A stretch of DNA of 24,000 bases. Source: Macrococcus lamae (GTDB lineage: Bacteria > Bacillota > Bacilli > Staphylococcales > Staphylococcaceae). The stretch spans positions 1-24,000 of the forward strand of contig NZ_SCWB01000019.1 in the NCBI RefSeq assembly GCF_004359545.1. Direction: 5' to 3'. The translations under genes were made by a program, and so were the position numbers. The notes beneath the pieces are model-generated. The model was given only the letters and a program-made list of their open reading frames with translations. It was not told the origin of the DNA and searched no databases. Below, in pieces: positions 18,102 to 24,000 of the stretch (position 1 is its first letter; each line of letters opens with the position of its first letter).

Positions 18102-18131
18102 TAAGACTCAATAACGTCTTAACATGAAGAC
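18102..18131 (+). promoter_or_regulatory. Alternating AAGAC/GTCTT half-sites upstream of mtlA
   Basis: AAGAC-N8-GTCTT-N6-AAGAC just upstream of TATAAA and the mtlA start. Confidence 0.35.
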
Positions 18132-18164
18132 AGTATAAAAAATATTTTTAAAGGAGAGAAACAT

Positions 18165-19682
18165 ATGGCAGAACAAAAAAATGGTCTTCAACGCAAAGTC
18201 CAAGCTTTTGGTTCTTTTTTAAGCAGCATGGTCATGCCGAACATTGCAGTATTCATTGCATGGGGATTCCTCACTGCTCTATTTATTCCAGATGGCTGGT
18301 GGCCGAATAAAGACTTAGCTAAAATCGTCGATCCAACTATTCACTATCTTATTCCAATCTTAATCGCATTCATGGGTGGTAAACTCATTCATGATGTACG
18401 CGGCGGTGTTGTCGGTGCAGCAGCAACAATGGGTATTATCGCTGCCTTTGACCAGCATATGTTACTAGGCGCAATGATTATCGGACCATTAACAGCATGG
18501 TTAATGAAGCAGTTCGATAAAGTTGTCCAACCAAGAATTCGTACTGGTTTTGAGATGTTAATCAATAACTTCTCAGCTGGATTTTTAGCATTAGGTATGA
18601 TGATTGTTTCATATTATTTATTAGCTCCAATTGTCGGCTGGATTATGTGGGTACTTGGTAAAGGCGTCAAATTCCTTGTTGACCTTCACATCCTTCCTTT
18701 AACTTCAATCTTGATTGAACCAGCAAAAGTATTATTCTTAAACAACGCAATTAACCACGGTGTGTTAACGCCGCTTGCGACTGATCAGGCTGCTGAAGTT
18801 GGAAAATCTATTCTTTATACATTAGAGTCTAACCCGGGACCAGGTCTTGGTATTTTACTTGCTTACATGATTTTCGGTAGAGGTTCAGCACGTGCGACTG
18901 CACCAGGTGCGGCATTGATCCACTTTATCGGTGGTATTCACGAGATTTACTTCCCGTATGTACTGATGAAACCTGCGATGATTATTGCAGCGATCTCAGG
19001 TGGTATGACTGGTGTTGCAATCTTCTCAGCGCTTGATTTCGGTTTGAAATCACCTGCTGCTCCAGGTTCAATACTTGCGTATATGGCAGTAACGCCTAAA
19101 GGTGATTTATTAACAATGTTTGCTGGTGTTCTCGGCGCAGCACTTGTTTCATTCATCGTCGGTTCATTAATTCTTAAATTCTCTAAAGATAAAGGCGAAG
19201 AAGATTTAGCAGCAGCAACAGCTAAGATGGAAGCAACGAAAGGCAAAAAATCTTCTGTTGCCGGTGCATTGACTGGCAAGGCAGCAGGTGCTACAACTTC
19301 TGACCGCGTAAAAGTGGTTGAAGTTGATAAAGACGAAACGACTGAGCCGAATTTATTGAATCAATATGATACAGAGAACGTGGGCGCACACGATTACTCA
19401 CATGTCAGCAAAGTCATCTTTGCGTGTGATGCGGGTATGGGTTCAAGTGCGATGGGTGCGGGTATGCTGCGCAACAAGTTCAAGAAAGCAGGCATCAATG
19501 CTGAAGTGACAAACTCTGCAATCAACCAGTTACCGCGGGATGCACAGCTTGTCATCACGCAGAAAGTTCTGACTGACCGTGCAATCAAGCAAGTGCCGGA
19601 TGCCATCCATATTTCAGTGGATAACTTCCTGAACTCCCCGCGTTATGATGAATTAATCGAAAACTTGAAGAAAGACCAATAA
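18165..19682 (+). CDS. mtlA: PTS mannitol transporter subunit IICB
   Basis: QAFGSFLSSMVMPNIAVFIAWGFLTALF, GGIHEIYFPYVLM, and IIB domain VIFACDAGMGSSAMGAGMLR. Confidence 0.97.
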   Translation: MAEQKNGLQRKVQAFGSFLSSMVMPNIAVFIAWGFLTALFIPDGWWPNKDLAKIVDPTIHYLIPILIAFMGGKLIHDVRGGVVGAAATMGIIAAFDQHMLLGAMIIGPLTAWLMKQFDKVVQPRIRTGFEMLINNFSAGFLALGMMIVSYYLLAPIVGWIMWVLGKGVKFLVDLHILPLTSILIEPAKVLFLNNAINHGVLTPLATDQAAEVGKSILYTLESNPGPGLGILLAYMIFGRGSARATAPGAALIHFIGGIHEIYFPYVLMKPAMIIAAISGGMTGVAIFSALDFGLKSPAAPGSILAYMAVTPKGDLLTMFAGVLGAALVSFIVGSLILKFSKDKGEEDLAAATAKMEATKGKKSSVAGALTGKAAGATTSDRVKVVEVDKDETTEPNLLNQYDTENVGAHDYSHVSKVIFACDAGMGSSAMGAGMLRNKFKKAGINAEVTNSAINQLPRDAQLVITQKVLTDRAIKQVPDAIHISVDNFLNSPRYDELIENLKKDQ

Positions 19683-19744
19683 TTAGACAATTGGTCAGTC
19701 AACAGCTACACTTTAACTGAATAATTTTTGAAAGGAGTGGGGGT

Positions 19745-21754
19745 ATGCAGGTCAGTAATCGCGAGAAGAGAATCATCGAATCGTTGCTGAAGAATCCCCG
19801 CTCCTTTTTGACGATTCGGCAGATTGCACAGGACCTCGGTGTCTCAAGCCGGACGATTCACCGGGAGCTGAAATTTGTCGAGCGTACGCTTGGCCGCTTC
19901 GGGCTTGACCTGCTCCGACTTCCCAACAAAGGGCTGCGCATCGAGGGGGACAGCGAGCATTTCAATCAGCTGACCGACCAGCTCGATGCGATGGATGTCC
20001 TTGACTTGTCGATGGATGAACGGAAAGTCATCATATTATACACCTTGATTAAAGCAAAGGATCCGGTCAAACTGTACGGTCTTGCAAGCGAGATCGGCAT
20101 TTCCATCAATAAGCTGAACAAAGAACTCTCAGCGCTTGAAATGGACCTCACCCGCTACCATCTGGAACTCCAGAAGAAGCGCGGCGAAGGGCTCGTGCTG
20201 TCCGGCGGTGAAGTCAACAAACGCCAGCTGCTCGCAGACCTCATGCTTGAAAGACTGAATTCAACAAGCGTCTACTCAGTCATCGAAGACCACTTCGTCT
20301 ATCAGACGTTGAATGACGAGAAGCTGCTTGAAATCGTCGATATGAATCAGATCTTCAATGTCGAGCGGTTGCTGATGGATGAGCTGTCAGAACTTCCTTA
20401 CGTCTTGATGGAGACATCGTATTTGACGCTGACGATTCACATTGTGCTCGCGATTGAACGCATCCGTAACGGCGAGCAGGTGATGATTAATGAAGAGCTC
20501 ATTCAGGCGCTGCGAGTGACTCCTGAATTCAAGGTCGCAGAAAACTTAGCTGAGTCACTATCTCATGTCTACAACGTAGACTTTGACCTTGAGGAAGTCG
20601 TCTTTATCACGATGCATCTGCGCGGGGCGAAACGCCGGGCGGATGAAAGTGAGACAGCGATTGATATTACGACAGAAGCAGAACAGCTGATCGCGCATGT
20701 TGAGCGGCTGACCGGCAATGACTTTGAAGGCAACACCGTGCTCCGGGAAGGCATTCTTCTTCACCTCGTACCTGCTTTGAATCGTCTGTCAGGTGGTATA
20801 GAAACGTATAACCCGCTGACGGATATGATTAAGGCGGACTATCTGGTATTATTTGAAGCCGTGAGCAGTGCCCTCGCCCGGATATTTCCTGACCATTCGT
20901 TTCCGGACGGGGAAATCGCCTTCGTAGTGCTGCATTTCGGCGGCGCTATGAAAGCAGCTGAAGAAGAGCAGGTGCTCGTCGTCTGTACGAGCGGGATTGG
21001 AACAAGCAGAATACTGTCCAATCAGATCGAGCAGAACTTCCCAAATGTCACTGTCGCCCGTCAAGCCTCGGTCAGTGAACTGAAGTCGATTGCGCTGGAC
21101 CAGTTTGACCATATTATTTCGACGGTCGGTCTGGATATCAAGCAGCCTTATACAGTGGTCAATCCACTGCTCCCTGCATCCGACAAGCAGATTCTGGCGC
21201 AGATTTTCACATCTCCTGCAGTGAAGCGGCAGAAAGTGACGCCTATGGTCCATCTCAACACTTATGACGCGGTCGTCCCGTTCGTCGTCGAAGGTCATGC
21301 ATTGATCGATGCGCTTTACTTCCATGAGACAGATGTCCTGACGCTGGAAGACGCAATCGCGGATTATGTGGCAGCACATCATATTACAAGCGAAAGCGAG
21401 GAACTGCTGGCTGTCATCGGCAAACGAGAGGACGCGCAGGGATTTGCGATAACCGGTTCAGAGATTGCGCTCCCTCACCTCGTCCATCCATTGATTGAGC
21501 GCCCGGGCATTGCATTAATTACTTTAGCTAAGCACGTGGCTGCTAAAAACATGGATGACGACACGCAGCATGTCCGATACCTCGCGATTATGCTGCTGCC
21601 GGAAGACACGCGGTTAAGGCCCCTTGTCAGCGAATTCAGTGTATTATTGATGAACCATCTGGAGTCACCAGACAAATTATTTCGCAGCAGATCATTTGTC
21701 GTTAATCATATGAAACAAGCTTTAATGCAGCAAGTCACACAACTAATCTACTAA
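19745..21754 (+). CDS. mtlR: BglG-family/MtlR transcriptional regulator with PRD, EIIB-like and EIIA-like domains
   Basis: N-terminal HTH, PRD segments [12 protein letters not shown] and [17 protein letters not shown]-like [17 protein letters not shown]-like C-terminus. Position in the mtl operon. Confidence 0.93.
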   Translation: MQVSNREKRIIESLLKNPRSFLTIRQIAQDLGVSSRTIHRELKFVERTLGRFGLDLLRLPNKGLRIEGDSEHFNQLTDQLDAMDVLDLSMDERKVIILYTLIKAKDPVKLYGLASEIGISINKLNKELSALEMDLTRYHLELQKKRGEGLVLSGGEVNKRQLLADLMLERLNSTSVYSVIEDHFVYQTLNDEKLLEIVDMNQIFNVERLLMDELSELPYVLMETSYLTLTIHIVLAIERIRNGEQVMINEELIQALRVTPEFKVAENLAESLSHVYNVDFDLEEVVFITMHLRGAKRRADESETAIDITTEAEQLIAHVERLTGNDFEGNTVLREGILLHLVPALNRLSGGIETYNPLTDMIKADYLVLFEAVSSALARIFPDHSFPDGEIAFVVLHFGGAMKAAEEEQVLVVCTSGIGTSRILSNQIEQNFPNVTVARQASVSELKSIALDQFDHIISTVGLDIKQPYTVVNPLLPASDKQILAQIFTSPAVKRQKVTPMVHLNTYDAVVPFVVEGHALIDALYFHETDVLTLEDAIADYVAAHHITSESEELLAVIGKREDAQGFAITGSEIALPHLVHPLIERPGIALITLAKHVAAKNMDDDTQHVRYLAIMLLPEDTRLRPLVSEFSVLLMNHLESPDKLFRSRSFVVNHMKQALMQQVTQLIY

Positions 21755-21770
21755 ATGGAGTGAAGAAAAC

Positions 21771-22205
21771 ATGTCAAATTTAATCCCAACAGAAAATATT
21801 TTAATGAACCAGAAGCTCGCAACGAAAGAAGAAGCCATCGAAGCAGCAGGCCGTAAACTCGTTGAAGTCGGTGCAGTAGGCGAAGGTTACATCCAGGCGA
21901 TGAAAGACCGTGAAGCTATCGTTTCAACTTATATGGGTAACTTCCTGGCGATTCCTCACGGGACTGACGAAGCAAAAACTGAAGTGATTAAAACAGGCAT
22001 TACATTACTGCACGCACCTGACGGCATCGACTGGGACGGCAACACGGTTAAAGTCGTAGTCGGTATCGCTGGTAAAGACGGTGATCATTTAGATTTATTA
22101 TCACAGATTGCTATTGTCTTCTCAGATGAAGAGAACGTTGACCGAGTCATCCGAGCTCAAACAGCTGACGAAATCAACGCAATCTTCGGGGAGGTTGAAC
22201 TGTAA
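21771..22205 (+). CDS. mtlF: PTS mannitol transporter subunit IIA
   Basis: [33 protein letters not shown]. Located between mtlR and mtlD. Confidence 0.95.
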   Translation: MSNLIPTENILMNQKLATKEEAIEAAGRKLVEVGAVGEGYIQAMKDREAIVSTYMGNFLAIPHGTDEAKTEVIKTGITLLHAPDGIDWDGNTVKVVVGIAGKDGDHLDLLSQIAIVFSDEENVDRVIRAQTADEINAIFGEVEL

Positions 22206-23335
22206 TGAAAGCAGTCCATTTCGGTGCCGGCAATATCGGCCGTGGCTTTATCGGTAAAGTATTATATGACAACGGCTATGACATTACATTTGTCGATGTT
22301 AATGCTGAGATGATCGATCTGATCAACAAAGAACAGGAGTATGACGTCATCATCGCTGAAGAAGCGAAGTCCCGTCAGCACGTGTCAGGCGTCAAAGGTA
22401 TCAACAGCATGACAGATACAGACAAGCTGCAAGCTGCCATTAAAGACGCAGACCTAATTACAACAGCAGTCGGTGTCAACATTCTACCGATCATCGCAAA
22501 AAGTATTGCGGGACCACTCAGCGAACGCACGTCTGACAAGCCAGTTAATGTTGTCGCCTGCGAAAATGCAATTATGGCAACCGACCAGCTGAAACAAGCA
22601 GTCGTTGCGATTTCTGGTGAACTAGGTGACCATGTTCATTTTCCTAACTCAGCAGTTGACCGTATCGTACCGATTCAGAAACAGGATAATCCACTAGATG
22701 TTATGGTTGAGCCGTTTTTTGAATGGGTGATTGAAGAAGATGCGTGGGCAGGCGAAAAGCTTGAAGGCGTAAAATATGTTTCTGATCTTCATCCGTATAT
22801 TGAACGCAAATTACTGACTGTGAATACAGGACACGCATTCATCGCATACTTCGGTAGTTACAAAGGCTATACAACAGTGGACGAAGCAATGAAAGATGCA
22901 GAGCTTGTCGAGCAGTTGAAAGCTGTGCTTGCTGAAACAAGTGACTACTTAACGACTGTCTATGACTTCACTGCTGAAGAACAGGCCGCTTACGTCGAGA
23001 AGATCATCAGCCGCTTCAAGAATCCATACTTATCAGATGCATTAAACCGTGTCGGACGTTCACCGCTACGTAAGATCAGCCCGGAAGATCGTGTAGTGAA
23101 GCCGCTCGCTTATCTTGCAGAAGAAGATAGAAAACACGATGCATTAGTTGATATGGCAGCCTACTTACTGCGCTATTCTGATGAACAGGATCCAGAAGCC
23201 GTAGAGAAGAATACCTTTATCGAGGAAAAAGGTATCACTGAATTCCTGAAGCACTATGCCAAAGTTGAAGGTGAACTTGCAAAAGAAATAGCAGAGCGAT
23301 ATAACGCCCTATTGTTTGATAAAGAGAATAACTAG
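22205..23335 (+). CDS. mtlD: Mannitol-1-phosphate 5-dehydrogenase
   Basis: [18 protein letters not shown]-terminal NAD-binding motif. Overlaps the mtlF stop by 1 nt. Confidence 0.97.
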   Translation: MKAVHFGAGNIGRGFIGKVLYDNGYDITFVDVNAEMIDLINKEQEYDVIIAEEAKSRQHVSGVKGINSMTDTDKLQAAIKDADLITTAVGVNILPIIAKSIAGPLSERTSDKPVNVVACENAIMATDQLKQAVVAISGELGDHVHFPNSAVDRIVPIQKQDNPLDVMVEPFFEWVIEEDAWAGEKLEGVKYVSDLHPYIERKLLTVNTGHAFIAYFGSYKGYTTVDEAMKDAELVEQLKAVLAETSDYLTTVYDFTAEEQAAYVEKIISRFKNPYLSDALNRVGRSPLRKISPEDRVVKPLAYLAEEDRKHDALVDMAAYLLRYSDEQDPEAVEKNTFIEEKGITEFLKHYAKVEGELAKEIAERYNALLFDKENN

Positions 23336-23343
23336 TTTTGTTG

Positions 23344-23368
23344 AGACCGTATTATATGGATACGGTCT
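23344..23368 (+). terminator. mtl operon terminator
   Basis: AGACCGTAT-TATATGG-ATACGGTCT followed by TTTT. Confidence 0.85.
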
Positions 23369-23394
23369 TTTTGTTATGAATGGATTTCTTAGGA

Positions 23395-23468
23395 TTTTGG
23401 CCTTCAGGAGCCATTTGAAGGCCACTTCTCGTCAGTTTCGACCGATTTCTTAAAAGTTTTGGCCTTCA
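23395..23468. repeat. Intergenic repeat: three copies of GGCCTTCA/TGAAGGCC
   Basis: TTTTGGCCTTCA at 23395-23406 and 23457-23468 (direct). TGAAGGCC at 23416-23423 (inverted). Confidence 0.6.
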
Positions 23469-23479
23469 AGCCACAAAAA

Positions 23480-23504
23480 ACGACCCGCCTCTTCTGCGGG
23501 TCGT
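23480..23504 (-). terminator. glmM terminator
   Basis: ACGACCCGC-CTCTTCT-GCGGGTCGT with an A-run on the plus strand. Confidence 0.85.
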
Positions 23505-23513
23505 CCTCATTTA

Positions 23514-24000
23514 TTATAATCCCATTTTTTCTCTTACGACGTCAGAGATGCTGTTGACGAAACGCTCTGCATCTTCATCTGTTTTTGCTTCTACCATCAC
23601 ACGAACTAATGGCTCTGTCCCTGATGGTCGTACAAGTACACGGCCTTCACCGTTCATCTCTGATTCTACTGCCTGAATCGCTGCTGCCACATCTGCATTC
23701 TGTTCTACCGCATGTTTGTCAGTCACACGAATGTTGACTAAGCGCTGCGGATATTTCGTCATCTGTGCTGCAAGTTCGCTCAACGTCATACCCGACTGCT
23801 TGACGATAGCTGCTAACTGCACGCCTGTCAGTAAGCCATCACCTGTTGTATTATAATCCATCATGACAATATGCCCGGACTGCTCTCCGCCTAAGTTATA
23901 CTGTCCGCGGCGCATCTCTTCTACAACGTAGCGATCGCCGACTTTAGTCTTATCACTCTTGATGCCGTGCTCTTCCAATGCTTTATAGAATCCTAGATTA
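23514..24000 (-). CDS. glmM: Phosphoglucosamine mutase, C-terminal portion, truncated by the window edge
   Basis: Frame stays open beyond the TTG called at 23978 ([12 protein letters not shown]). [23 protein letters not shown] and [16 protein letters not shown] are GlmM motifs. Confidence 0.97.
   Translation of the reverse strand, partial: NLGFYKALEEHGIKSDKTKVGDRYVVEEMRRGQYNLGGEQSGHIVMMDYNTTGDGLLTGVQLAAIVKQSGMTLSELAAQMTKYPQRLVNIRVTDKHAVEQNADVAAAIQAVESEMNGEGRVLVRPSGTEPLVRVMVEAKTDEDAERFVNSISDVVREKMGL

Noticed and set aside
19745-21754. ORFs antisense to mtlR (20558..20764, 20849..21382, etc.)
   Set aside because: They are shadow ORFs of a conserved PRD regulator.
1-24000. CRISPR array, transposase or integrase, prophage genes
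   Set aside because: No regularly spaced repeats and no recognisable recombinase ORF were seen in either strand.

Overview
The window looks like a low-GC Firmicute chromosome, probably Staphylococcaceae and possibly Macrococcus-like. This is inferred from gene content and order, not from a database search. The backbone holds a P-loop kinase, an XRE-cupin regulator with an MBL hydrolase, glmS with its upstream glmS ribozyme (minus strand), the mannitol operon mtlA-mtlR-mtlF-mtlD (plus strand), and the 5'-truncated end of glmM at the right edge. Two accessory stretches stand out. (1) At 0.8-4.7 kb there is a RecQ-like helicase fused to a C-terminal phosphoribosyltransferase-like domain, an orphan YefM/Phd-type antitoxin, a DUF805 gene, a DUF3784-like gene, an unannotated 32-aa membrane sORF, and a solitary promoter- and terminator-equipped tRNA-like gene with anticodon GAC, C33 and no encoded CCA. 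(2) At 9.7-18 kb, between glmS and mtlA, there is an apparent island with a DUF6933-like protein, a DUF1828/DUF1829 gene split by an in-frame amber codon, fmdB-fmdA, a KAP-family P-loop NTPase, a small ORF split by an in-frame ochre codon, and a second RecQ-like gene. That second gene is a close paralog of the first, has lost the PRTase-like domain, and is followed by a second DUF3784-like gene. The best candidate for new biology is the duplicated RecQ/DUF3784 block together with the KAP NTPase neighbourhood. A defence function is only an inference.
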